DNA of 32,000 bases from Polynucleobacter necessarius (GTDB lineage Bacteria > Pseudomonadota > Gammaproteobacteria > Burkholderiales > Burkholderiaceae): NCBI RefSeq assembly GCF_900095195.1, contig NZ_LT606950.1:937207-969206 (forward strand). The letters run 5' to 3'. Under the pieces are notes generated by a model. It was not told where the DNA came from and did no database searches. It was given only the letters and a program-made list of their open reading frames with translations. Each line of letters begins with the position of its first letter. Within the stretch, counting starts at the first letter, position 1. Shown piece after piece: positions 1 through 9,610 of the stretch. A program made the translations under genes and the position numbers.

Positions 1-1053
1 GCCTGGTTACTTTTATTCCAAACCGATGCTCTCGACTGCACTAGCAAGCAAAAAAGATGCGTCTCAGTTAATCACGACACCAGCCGATGGCATGGCATCT
101 CAATTAGCATTCATATTCTTGCTGAAACTGAAGTACACGCCATAGATACAAACAAACACGTCATTCAAACTAACAAAGGCGATCTTGCCTATAGCAAACT
201 GGTCTTGGCTCTAGGCGCCGATCAAATTCAGCTATCGTTATTGGGAAATGCCGCAAGCGAGGCACTCACTGTCAATGATCTTGAAGATTACGCAAGGTTT
301 CGTAGCGCAATAAGTGGCAAAAAGAAAATTGCTATTTTGGGTGCAGGTTTAATTAGCTGCGAGTTTGCAAATGATCTAATCCTAGGTGGCTTTGAAGTAG
401 ATGTTATTGACATGGCGCCCCATGCTCTTGGGCGACTGATCCCAGAAACGGCGGCCGTCGCACTGCAAAATAAGCTGAGCGCTCTGGGTGCATGCTGGCA
501 CTTCAACACTACCTTCAGTCAATAAATCGGGTAAACGACCAACTCCATATCACCCTAGCGAATGGATCGGTATTGAATACTGATGTGGCACTCTCTGCCG
601 TTGGACTAAAACCCAGACTTGAGCTCGCTAAAGCAGCAGGCATTGACACTAATATACAGGTCAACCGCAAACTCCAAACGAATATCCCTCACATTTATTT
701 ATGCGATTGGTGATTGCGCTGAAGTAGATGGACTCGTGCCTCCATATGTAATGCCAATCATGCAAGCAGCGCGAGCATTAGCCGCGACCTTGACGGGGCA
801 AGCTACACCGCTAACGTATCCTGCAATGCCAGTGATGATGAAAACCCCGGCATTTGCCACTATTGTTTCTCCACCAGCGAAAGACGCAAGTGGTCAATGG
901 AAAATCAATGCGATGGATAATGGTGTAGAGGCTCGGCTTGAAACAGCCGATGGCCAGCTTTTAGGTTTTGTATTAATGGGCACTGCAACAGCCCAGCGTG
1001 CAGCCCTCACCAAGGAACTACCAGTCAATACTGGCATAAACGAAATAACGTAA
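1..1053 (+). pseudogene. rubB: Rubredoxin-NAD(+) reductase (FAD/NAD pyridine nucleotide-disulfide oxidoreductase); 5' end lies outside the window; at least 3 frameshifts
   Basis: Family motifs are spread over three frames. YSKPMLSTALASKKDASQL is in frame 2 (nt 2-145). KKIAILGAGLISCEFANDL, the NAD-binding fold, is in ORF 205-525. LHITLANGSVLNTDVALSAVGLKP is in ORF 492-713. IYAIGDCAEVDGLVPPYVMPIMQAARALA is in ORF 619-1053. An extra TTAT at 699-702 breaks HIYAIGDC. Confidence 0.85.
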
Positions 1054-1054
1054 T

Positions 1055-1084
1055 AAAAAAGGCCCGCAATGCGGGCCTTTTTTA
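1055..1084. terminator. Bidirectional rho-independent terminator between the rubB pseudogene and the convergent membrane protein gene
   Basis: The sequence is aaaaaa-GGCCCGC-aat-GCGGGCC-ttttttt. It has a perfect 7-bp GC stem (1061-1067/1071-1077), a 3-nt loop, and an A-run and T-run on either side. Confidence 0.85.
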
Positions 1085-1104
1085 TTCGTTAAGACTTGAT
1101 CGGC

Positions 1105-1698
1105 TCAAGAAACAATCACAAACCAAGTAGTGTTGTGAGACTGAGCAACCATCAAGAACAACATTGGCACAGATAACAATGTATTGATGCGGGAAGTCAA
1201 CATCGCAACACGAGCAGATTTCGCTTTGGTATCCGCATCTACAGTCACAATACCGAGAGCGCGTTTTTGGTTAGGCCAGATGATGAACCAAACGTTAAAC
1301 GCCATTACCAATGCGATCCACATACCTAAACCAACCGCGCGGAATGGCGCTTGCAATGTAAATGCTTGATGCGCGTAACCATTCAATACCGCCAAAATCA
1401 AACCGCTCAATACTGTAAAGAGTGCTGCGTAACGGAACCAGAACAATGCTGTTGGAGCGATTACTTTACCGATAGCAGGCTTTTGCTCATCTGGAATCTT
1501 TGGCATGGAAGGAATTTGCACAAAGTTGAAGTACCACAGCAAACCAATCCACATCACACCGAACATCACGTGCAACCAACGGAATACGAATGGCAATTCA
1601 GCAGAGCTAAAGTTACCGCCTAGTGCAAAAATAATCAAAACGAGCAGTACAAAACCTGCCAATACTGTGCGTCCTAAAGAGGTCAAAATTGAAGCCAT
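1105..1698 (-). CDS. Integral membrane protein resembling the N-terminal membrane domain of PuuD urate hydroxylase (function uncertain)
   Basis: Uninterrupted 197-aa ORF with several hydrophobic helices. It carries the motif FRWLHVMFGVMWIGLLWYFNFV. The family assignment is from memory only. Confidence 0.6.
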   Translation of the reverse strand: MASILTSLGRTVLAGFVLLVLIIFALGGNFSSAELPFVFRWLHVMFGVMWIGLLWYFNFVQIPSMPKIPDEQKPAIGKVIAPTALFWFRYAALFTVLSGLILAVLNGYAHQAFTLQAPFRAVGLGMWIALVMAFNVWFIIWPNQKRALGIVTVDADTKAKSARVAMLTSRINTLLSVPMLFLMVAQSHNTTWFVIVS

Positions 1699-1865
1699 GA
1701 AAGGTTCTCCTTATATATAAGTGCCTGTAAATATAAACGATTCTGGCAATTTTGTTTGAACATCCCAAATTTTGGCTTTCTCATGAAAAAATGCTAACTC
1801 GAGTAGTGACTTCGCCCTATTTGGGGTGCAAAATAAGCGAACAAATTATTGATTACGTGAGACAA

Positions 1866-2525
1866 ATGATGCCCTCATCCACTTTTTTAAATATATTGGT
1901 AGGTCTTAGCTTGATGATTCTGGAATCTTCTTCAGTTGCTCATGCGCAAGAATTTCCGCCCAAGAAAACGATCACGATCGTAATTGGCTTTGCACCCGGT
2001 GGATCGGCAGATAGCGCCGCTCGCGGCATCGCCAAAAAACTCAGTGAAGATCTTGGTCAAAATGTGATCGTAGATAACAAACCCGGCGCCGGTGGAAATA
2101 TTGCGCATGCCTATACTGCGACCGCTCCCGCAGATGGATCTGTCATTTTATTTGGCTCTATTGGCCCATTAGCAGTTGCGCCACATTTAATGAAGTTGCC
2201 GTATGACCCTCAGAAAGATTTGGCGCCCCTGACTATGGGCGTCACCTTTCCCAACGTTTTGGTTGTGATTCCTGGGCTTGGGGTAAAAAATCTGAAAGAG
2301 TACATTGCGCTCGCCAAGAAAAATCCTAGGACGATTACGTTTGCCTCTACAGGCAGTGGATCCGCCTCCCACCTCCAAGGCGAACTCCTAAATGTGCGCG
2401 CTGATATAGACACGGTCAACGTTCCCTATAAGGGTGGCAGCCCAGCGATGGTTGATCTATATATTGCCAGCCAATCTACGCTATGGGGCAAGATCATTAC
2501 CGATAGAAAAATAACCGCTGAGTGA
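1866..2525 (+). pseudogene. Bug/TctC-family tripartite tricarboxylate transporter substrate-binding protein with an in-frame internal deletion of roughly 100 aa
   Basis: It has a signal peptide (MMPSSTFLNILVGLSLMILESSSVAHAQ). The Bug core follows: ITIVIGFAPGGSADSAARGIAKKL...DNKPGAGGNI...YKGGSPAMVDL. That core is joined directly to a typical Bug C-terminus, YIASQSTLWGKIITDRKITAE*. The product is about 219 aa against the roughly 320 aa I remember as typical. Confidence 0.7.
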
Positions 2526-2547
2526 CGTTTTGTTACGCAGCGGTTAT
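2511..2547. terminator. Hairpin between the convergent Bug pseudogene and bdhA; likely the bdhA terminator
   Basis: The arms ATAACCGCTG (2511-2520) and CAGCGGTTAT (2538-2547) form a 10-bp stem with a 17-nt loop. On the minus strand the stem is followed by TTTTTCT. On the plus strand it is followed by GGTTTTG. Confidence 0.5.
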
Positions 2548-2569
2548 GGTTTTGATGGGCTTAAGAGAT

Positions 2570-3346
2570 TTACTGAGCAGTCCAACCACCATCCATATTC
2601 CAGGCTACACCGCGTACTTCAGAAGCATCTGGTCCACAAAGAAATACCGCCAGTGCTGCGAGTTGTTCTGGCGTCACAAATTGACCTGAAGGTTGCTTCT
2701 CAGACACTAAGGCTATCTTGGCTGCTTCATTAGAAATACCTTCGCGCTCAGCCAGAGCATCCACCTGCTTTTGTACTAAAGGGGTCAAGACCCAGCCTGG
2801 GCAGATGGCATTACAGGTGATGCCAGTACGAGCATTTTCTAATGCAGTCACTTTAGTTAACCCAACGATGCCATGCTTAGCGGCAACGTAGGCAGCTTTC
2901 TGAGTGGATGCCACTAATCCATGCACAGAGGCAATATTAATAATGCGGCCCCAGTTACGTTTTTTCATGCCTGGAAGTGCATGATGCGTTGTGTGAAATG
3001 CAGAGCTGAGATTGATCGCAATGATGGCATCCCACTTATCCGTTGGAAAGTCTTCAATGTTGGCAGCATGTTGAATGCCTGCGTTGTTCACCAGAATATC
3101 TAAAGAGCCAAAACGTTTTTCGGTCTGCTTAATCAGATCTTCAATCTCTGCTGGCTTACTCATATCTGCGCCGTGGTAATCAACCTCAACACCACATGCT
3201 TTTATCTTGGCAATAGCGTCATCTTTTTCACCAAAGCCATTGACCATGATATTTGCGCCTTGCTTGGCCAGTGCTATAGCCATACCCAAACCGATACCTC
3301 TAGTGGATCCAGTGACTAGGGCTGTTTTACCTTTTAATGTAGACAT
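2570..3346 (-). CDS. bdhA: 3-hydroxybutyrate dehydrogenase (short-chain dehydrogenase/reductase family)
   Basis: Intact 258-aa ORF. It has the cofactor motif TGSTRGIGLG, NNAG, and the catalytic S...YVAAKHG, and ends WNMDGGWTAQ, typical of BdhA. Confidence 0.9.
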   Translation of the reverse strand: MSTLKGKTALVTGSTRGIGLGMAIALAKQGANIMVNGFGEKDDAIAKIKACGVEVDYHGADMSKPAEIEDLIKQTEKRFGSLDILVNNAGIQHAANIEDFPTDKWDAIIAINLSSAFHTTHHALPGMKKRNWGRIINIASVHGLVASTQKAAYVAAKHGIVGLTKVTALENARTGITCNAICPGWVLTPLVQKQVDALAEREGISNEAAKIALVSEKQPSGQFVTPEQLAALAVFLCGPDASEVRGVAWNMDGGWTAQ

Positions 3347-3395
3347 ATGTGTTTTCAGGGAGTTAAGGGGAAGAAATAGGATAAAAAGAATACCA

Positions 3396-3899
3396 TCAGA
3401 TCAGGTGCAGCCAATGGCCCAATTGGTGCCAAAAGCTATCAGGTACGAGCGTCAATAGCCAGGTCAAGGTCAGATAGCGCAACAATTTACCGATAAACAT
3501 GTAAATCAGACACGGTTGCCAGGCAAGTTTGAGCCAACCCGCTGCCAGGCATAAGGAATCCCCTAAGCCCGGAACCCAAGAGAGGAGCAAAATTTTAGGG
3601 CCCCACTCCTCTAGCCATATTTTGATTTTGGCGTTCTTAGGCTCTCCAATCGATTTCATGCCGCGACGCGCTATCAAGCCCAACCACCAATCAAACATTC
3701 CGCCAAGCGTATTGCCAACGGTTGCGACTAGAATCGCCACCCAAAATAAATGGGGATTTAAGGTGATATAGCCAAAGAGAATCGGCTCTGAGCCAACTGG
3801 TAGCAATGTTGCCGAAACAAATGCGCTAATAAATACTGCAGACAGCCCCACTGAAGGCATACCAAACCACCCAAAAAAATGCGCAAGTGCATGCTCCAT
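3396..3899 (-). CDS. YqaA/DedA-family (SNARE-associated) inner membrane protein
   Basis: Intact 167-aa ORF with the multi-helix pattern LLPVGSEPILFGY...GNTLGGMFDWWLG...LSWVPGLGDSLCLAAGWLK. Confidence 0.75.
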   Translation of the reverse strand: MEHALAHFFGWFGMPSVGLSAVFISAFVSATLLPVGSEPILFGYITLNPHLFWVAILVATVGNTLGGMFDWWLGLIARRGMKSIGEPKNAKIKIWLEEWGPKILLLSWVPGLGDSLCLAAGWLKLAWQPCLIYMFIGKLLRYLTLTWLLTLVPDSFWHQLGHWLHLI

Positions 3900-4055
3900 C
3901 TACAACAGACCTCTATGTGAAAACGTCCTCGAATTGAATACGTCCGAATAGATCTATTTTGCCCTGTTTTTAAGGCCCTCCACGGTTTTTAAATCTTGCT
4001 TAGACTTACTGGTTTACGAGCAGAATCGCTCCAAACCAATAAAAACGAGACAGTC

Positions 4056-5223
4056 ATGAGTCACCCCATTCCAAAGCCTGACAAATACCAAGATATGCGT
4101 GAGGCACTTCGCAGCCTCTGTAGTAGCTTTGATTCAGCCTATTGGCAAAATTGACCATGACCGAGACTACCCCGAGGCCTTTGTTAAGGCTATGACTGAT
4201 GCTGGCTGGCTTTCAGCACTCATCCTCGAAGAATATGGTGGCTCAGGCTTAGGTTTGGCCGAAGCTTCCGTCATCATGGAAGAGATTAATTTCTCTGGTG
4301 GCAATTCCGGATCTTGCCATGGTCAGATGTACAACATGGGCACCTGCTTCGCTATGGCAGCGAACTGCAAAAGAAAATGTATCTCCCCAAAATTGCCTCG
4401 GGTGAACTACGTTTACAAAGCATGGCGGTGACTGAACCTACTACAGGAACCGACACTACGAAACTTAAAACCACCGCCGTTAAAAACGGGTGATAAGTAT
4501 GTAGTGAATGGTCAAAAAGTTTGGATCTCCCGTATTTAGCACTCTGACTTGATGATTCTGTTGGCGCGTACCACCCCTATCTCTGAAGTACAACGCAAAT
4601 CCGAGGGAATGTCGATCTTCATCGTGAACCTTCAGGATGCGATTGGGAAAGGCATGGAAGTGAGGCCGATTGCCAATATGGTGAATCATGAAACCAACGG
4701 GGTCTTCTTCGACAACCTCGAAATTCCTGCTGAAAATCTCATCGGCACCGAGGGTCAGGGTTTTAAATATATTCTGGATGGACTGAATGCAGAACGTGTA
4801 CCGATTGCAGCAGAGTGTATTGGAGATGCCTATTGGTTTATTGATCGCGCACGCCGTTATGCTAATGATCGCGTGGTGTTTGATCGTCCGATTGGTAAAA
4901 ATCAAGGCATTCAGTTTCCGATTGCTGACAGCTATATCGAAACGGAAGCGGCTAATCTCATGCGCTTTAAAGCCTGCGAACTCTTTGACAACCATCAACC
5001 TTGTGGCCCAGAAGCCAACATGGCAAAGTACCTAGCCGCCAAAGCCTCCTGGGAAGCGGCCAACGTTTGCTTGCAAACCCATGGTGGCTTTGGTTTTGCC
5101 AATGAATATGATGTCGAGCGCAAATTTAGAGAAACACGCCTCTATCAAGTGACCCCCATATCGACCAACTTGATTTACTCCTATGTTGCAGAACACATTT
5201 TGGGTCTACCAAGATCTTTTTAA
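4056..5223 (+). pseudogene. Acyl-CoA dehydrogenase with 3 frameshifts and 1 nonsense codon
   Basis: The protein is readable only by hopping frames. MSHPIPKPDKYQDMREALRSLCSSFDSAYW runs from ATG 4056. The next piece is KIDHDRDYPEAFVKAMTDAGW...HGQMYNMGT. Then LLRYGSELQKKMYLPKIASGELRLQSMAVTEPTTGTDTTKLKTTAVKNG. Then DKYVVNGQKVWISRI-TAG(4537-4539)-HSDLMILLART...FGFANEYDVERKFRETRLYQV. The shifts lie near 4143-4150, about 4340, and at the G-run 4488-4490. Confidence 0.9.
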
Positions 5224-5242
5224 CCCTGACCGATAACCCACT

Positions 5243-6426
5243 ATGAGCATTCGCCCTCTTGATGGCATTACTGTTGTTTCTCTAGAGCATGCGATTGCTG
5301 CTCCCTTTTGCACCCGTCAACTCGCGGATCTGGGTGCGCGAGTCATTAAGGTAGAGCGCCCTGGCAGTGGGGATTTTGCGCGTGCCTACGACAAGCAAGT
5401 GAAGGGCTAGTCATCCCATTGCGTCTGGGTAAATCGTTCTAAAGAAAGTTTGACGCTGGACTTAAAGCAACCTGCTGCACTAACTGCTTTAAAGAGTCTC
5501 TTAAAAACTGCGGATATCTTAGTGCAGAACCTAGCACCAGGCGCCGCTGCACGAATGGGGCTTACCACAGAACTGTTGCAGAAAGACAACCCCCGATTGA
5601 TCCTGTGTGACATTTCTGGGTATGGCAACGACGGTCCGTATCGGGATAAAAAAGCCTACGATCTGCTCATTCAGAGTGAGGCGGGATTTCTATCGGTCAC
5701 CGGAACCCCAGGGACTCCGAGTAAGGCAGGAAACTCAATTGCCGACATTGCAGCGGGAATGTATGCCTATACGAATATTTTGGCCGCTCTACTGCAAAGA
5801 GGTAAAACGGGTAAAGGCTCAGTGATCGATGTATCGATGTTGGAGTCATTAGGTGAATGGATGAGCTTTCCGTTGTATTACGCCTATGATGGCGCAGATG
5901 CCCCACCAAGAAATGGCGCCTCACATGCCACGATCTATCCGCACGGTCCATTTAAAGCGGGTGATGGCAAGACCGTCATGCTGGATTTACAGAATGAACG
6001 AGAGGGGGCGCAGTTTTGCGAAATCGTTCTGCAAAATTCAGCCCTTGCCACTGATGAACGCTTTGATAAAAACTTTAAGCGCAATGAGAGACGTGCTGAA
6101 TTGCTCGATATCATCAACGCTTGTTTAGTAAGCTGACTTCAGACGGACTGATTGCGAGATTAGAGGGAGCGCAGATTGCGAACGCGCATCTAAATGACAT
6201 GGCAGGCTTATGGAAGCATGAGCAATTAAAAGCACGCCAACGCTGGAAGGAGATTGATACTCCAAATGGCCAAATTCCTGCCCTGCTTCCGCCGGGACTG
6301 AACGATAGTTACGAGTACCGCATGGATCCTATTCCAGCGGTAGGTCAACACACCGAGGCCATTCTCAAAGAACTTGGCATCAGCGATACGGAAATTAAAA
6401 CAATGCTGGACAGCGGGGCAATTTAG
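5243..6426 (+). pseudogene. CaiB/BaiF family III CoA-transferase with 1 nonsense codon and 1 frameshift
   Basis: MSIRPLDGITVVSLEHAIAAPFCTRQLADLGARVIKVERPGSGDFAR is followed by an in-frame TAG at 5408-5410. The same frame then continues: SSHCVWVNRSKESLTLDLK...DLLIQSEAGFLSVTG. A frameshift at about 6118-6122 separates ...LLDIINA from FSKLTSDGLIARLEGAQIANA...GQHTEAILKELG. Confidence 0.9.
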
Positions 6427-7898
6427 AGAAGTGGTGACGCCAAGTGCGCCGCATTTTCTAAATAATGGTGCCAGCGTGGTCGCTTAGCCCACTTTTTAGG
6501 ATCCACTAAATCCGATTGCGCCAGATAGGACTCAATCAGCTTTTCAAACGTTTTACAGAAGTCTTCGTTATAGACAATTAAGCTGATCTCAAAGTTCAAT
6601 CGCAAGCTACGTTGGTCAAAGTTGACCGAACCAAAAATAGCGATCCGCTTATCAATCAACAAACTCTTAGTGTGAAGCAGGCCACCATGAAATTCAGCAA
6701 TCTTCACTCCGGCACCCATCAAGTCCGCATAAAAACTTCGACTACTCCAAGCCACTAGAGTGGAATCATTTAACTTAGGGACAATGAGTGTGACCTTCAC
6801 ACCTCGACCTGCAGCTGCCATTAAAGCCTGTATCAAGCCATCATCTGGCCCAAAATAGGGCGTCGTGATCGTGAGCTCTTCACGCGCATCCATAATGGCT
6901 GAGAGTAGAACTTGATACAAAATGTCATCACGGTAAACGGGGCCTGAAGAAAACCCCTGCGCCAATGCCGCGCCCTCATGCGGTGATGCAGGTGGCTCGC
7001 GATCATTAAAGTGTTTGATGCTGGGATTATCAACACTCCAGTCAAATGCAAATGTCAGCTCAAATTGCGCAGCAACTGGCCCTTCAATACGCACCATCGC
7101 ATCAACCCACTCGCCAACCCCTGAATCTTGCTTAAAAGTCCGTGGGTCAACCATATTCATACTGCCCGTCCAAACAATCGAGCTGTCAATCACAAAAATT
7201 TTGCGATGCAGGCGCAGATCGGCTCGCCGAAACTGAAAACGTCCCACTTGGATTGGCAACGCTTCAGTGACCCGAATACCAGCAGCCCGAAAACGTCCAG
7301 GCCACGGTGATTTAAACCAATCTTTACTGCCTAGGGAATCCAACAAGACTCGACAGGCAATACCGCGTTTTGCCGCGGCAATGAGGGCCTCTCCCACCCT
7401 GTCGGCATCTCCGTCCAATGCCCAAATATAGAACTCTAAATGCAGGCTTTTTTGAGCGCGATTAATCTCGTCAATAAAGTTCTGCAAAATTTTTAGTGAC
7501 TCGGTATGCAATTCAAGCTTATTACCAGAAACCACTGGTGAGCCATTCCGAGATTCCGCCAACAAACTGAGTGCGCGACCTTCTGGCGGTAGTTTTTCTC
7601 GATCAGCGATACATTCTTCTCTCATACATCGAGTAATTCCTTCGTACTCCCGATTCATACGAACAATTTTGCGAGTAAGCTTGCGACCTACTGGACGTTC
7701 ACCAATCAAAATGTACAGCGAAATTCCTAATAACGGCAACATCATGCCAATCAAGAACCAGGCAAACGCAACCCCAACCGGCCTTCTGACGGATATCAAG
7801 CGAAAGCCAAACAGAATCACAATCAATGCATGGAGAATGGGGACCCAAATGAGTGAAACCCCAAAAACCGACCCAAATAGAAACGCTACGATATTCAT
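6423..7898 (-). CDS. cls: Cardiolipin synthase (ClsA type, two N-terminal transmembrane helices)
   Basis: Intact 491-aa ORF with two PLD HKD motifs, LHRKIFVIDSSIVWTGSMN and LHTKSLLIDKRIAIFGSVNFDQRS. Its start overlaps the upstream stop by 4 nt. Confidence 0.9.
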   Translation of the reverse strand: MNIVAFLFGSVFGVSLIWVPILHALIVILFGFRLISVRRPVGVAFAWFLIGMMLPLLGISLYILIGERPVGRKLTRKIVRMNREYEGITRCMREECIADREKLPPEGRALSLLAESRNGSPVVSGNKLELHTESLKILQNFIDEINRAQKSLHLEFYIWALDGDADRVGEALIAAAKRGIACRVLLDSLGSKDWFKSPWPGRFRAAGIRVTEALPIQVGRFQFRRADLRLHRKIFVIDSSIVWTGSMNMVDPRTFKQDSGVGEWVDAMVRIEGPVAAQFELTFAFDWSVDNPSIKHFNDREPPASPHEGAALAQGFSSGPVYRDDILYQVLLSAIMDAREELTITTPYFGPDDGLIQALMAAAGRGVKVTLIVPKLNDSTLVAWSSRSFYADLMGAGVKIAEFHGGLLHTKSLLIDKRIAIFGSVNFDQRSLRLNFEISLIVYNEDFCKTFEKLIESYLAQSDLVDPKKWAKRPRWHHYLENAAHLASPLL

Positions 7899-8647
7899 TC
7901 AAGCTCCAATTGCGCTGTGATACCTAGATGATCCGATAGTTTTAACCATTCGTACAAGATTTCTGCTGAATGAATCTTTAAACCCCGTACATAAATACGA
8001 TCCATCGGCAAAATTGGTTTGACGCTTGGAAAAGTGCGGGCTGGAGAACCCGTCAAGACCTCAAAGACTTCAACAAATCCAGCCTCACGCATCGGTGCAC
8101 TCACTCGATTACGCCAATCATTGAAGTCACCCGCCACAATCGTCGGCGCATCATTAGTCAATTCTTTGATGTAGCGAATGATTTTGGCTAGTTGACGCTC
8201 CCTGCCACGTTCAAACAAAGCTAAGTGCACACAAAAGCAATGAATCGCAGGTGCATTAGCACTCAATTGAATAACACTATGCAATAAGCCACGTTTTTCA
8301 AAACGATAAGCAGAAATATCGTAGTTATTTCCTTTATGCAAAGGATGTTTAGACAAAATGGCATTGCCATGGTGACCATCTGGATACTCCACATTCTTGC
8401 CATAATGCCAGTCATGCCAAAAATCCTCTGACAGAAAGTGTGTCAACTCGGTTAGCGGCCATTGGCTAAACCGTCGCACTCTGCCCCGATGCTCTTGCTG
8501 TAATTCTTGCAAGAACAATAAATCCGGGTGATGGCTGCGCATTCTTTGACGCAATTGATAAATCGTCGAGTGCCGATGCAACGGCGATACACCTTTATGC
8601 ACATTCATACTCATCACAGTAAAGCGGATACTAGTAATTTGGGGCAT
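7895..8647 (-). CDS. Endonuclease/exonuclease/phosphatase (EEP) family protein, YbhP-like
   Basis: Intact 250-aa ORF with motifs MSMNVHKG, LLFLQE, GNAILSK, AGDFNDW and SDHLGI. It is translationally coupled on both sides. Confidence 0.8.
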   Translation of the reverse strand: MPQITSIRFTVMSMNVHKGVSPLHRHSTIYQLRQRMRSHHPDLLFLQELQQEHRGRVRRFSQWPLTELTHFLSEDFWHDWHYGKNVEYPDGHHGNAILSKHPLHKGNNYDISAYRFEKRGLLHSVIQLSANAPAIHCFCVHLALFERGRERQLAKIIRYIKELTNDAPTIVAGDFNDWRNRVSAPMREAGFVEVFEVLTGSPARTFPSVKPILPMDRIYVRGLKIHSAEILYEWLKLSDHLGITAQLELE

Positions 8648-8847
8648 TAAAACTGTCCTGCAGCACGCTGTCGACGTACTCGGGCTAAATAGATCTCACC
8701 TTCCACCAAATCCTGGCACTGCATGCACTTGTTGCAGATTGATGCTTGCTCCCGGAGCTCCTCAATCGAGCTTATGGGGTTAGCATCCAAGTACTCACGT
8801 AGATCAACATCAAAGACGTTGTTGCAAAGGCAAATTACTTCAGCCAT
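8647..8847 (-). CDS. Bfd-like [2Fe-2S]-binding small protein
   Basis: 66-aa ORF with the cysteine pattern C-L-C ... C-NK-C-MQ-C, typical of the BFD-like [2Fe-2S] domain. Its TAA shares one nucleotide with the ATG of the EEP gene (TAATG). Confidence 0.7.
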   Translation of the reverse strand: MAEVICLCNNVFDVDLREYLDANPISSIEELREQASICNKCMQCQDLVEGEIYLARVRRQRAAGQF

Positions 8848-8913
8848 AGGTCAAAAGTTCGGGATATCAGTCTCATTAACGGCATTTTGCCATTGCCTTG
8901 TAGAATCAAGCGC

Positions 8914-9610
8914 ATGTTGACCGCTTTTTCTGATGCCATCACCCTGCTGGCCCACCTTGATGGTGGCGTACTGGGGATCGTCCTGATCTCTTTACAGGTA
9001 AGCCTCACCGCGCTGCTCCTGGGAACCCTGATTGGACTTCACATCGGCGCACTATTGGCCACCGAAGAATTTTCCGGCAAAAAATTCATCATCGTGACCC
9101 TCAATACCCTCATGGGGGTGCCAACGGTTATTGTGGGGGTCATTGTTTACCTCTTACTCTCACGCTCGGGTCCCTTGAGATCCAGGGGATGGCTATTCAC
9201 CCCAAAAGGCATGATTGTGGCTCAAGACGTTATTAACAACCCCATTAATTGCCGCCCATAGTCGCCAAATTTTGGAAGACTCTTGGAAGATTCATTGAGA
9301 CGCCTTTTTGGGCCTACATCTACCAGCCATCTCACGTTATAAATGGTTAATTTGAGATTGTCGCTTCTCGCTAACGATTGCGATTCTTGCGGGATTAGCA
9401 AGAGCGATCTCCGAGGTGGGGGCCGTCATGATTGTGGGTGGCAATATTCAAAATTCCACGCGTACGATAACCACAGCCATCGCGCTGAAAACTAGCAAAG
9501 GCAATTTACCTCTTGCTCTAGCATTGGGCATTATGCTTTTGGGTATTGTATTAATCGCAAATCTATTTACGGTGATAGTTCGTCAAATTGCGGAGCGTCG
9601 TTATGACTAA
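8914..9610 (+). pseudogene. ABC transporter permease (TupB-like tungstate/anion type) with 1 frameshift and 2 nonsense codons
   Basis: MLTAFSDAITLL...LFTPKGMIVAQ is followed by a shift at about 9226. The sequence then reads TLLTTPLIAAHSRQILEDSWKIH-TGA(9296-9298)-DAFLGLHLPAISRYKWLI-TGA(9353-9355)-DCRFSLTIAILAGLARAISEVGAVMIVGGNI... Confidence 0.85.

Noticed and set aside
3948-3960. The 13-mer ATAGATCTATTTT, repeated at 25277-25289 and containing the palindrome ATAGATCTAT
   Set aside because: A single shared 13-mer in 32 kb is within chance expectation. The flanks are unrelated, so there is no evidence for a repeat family.
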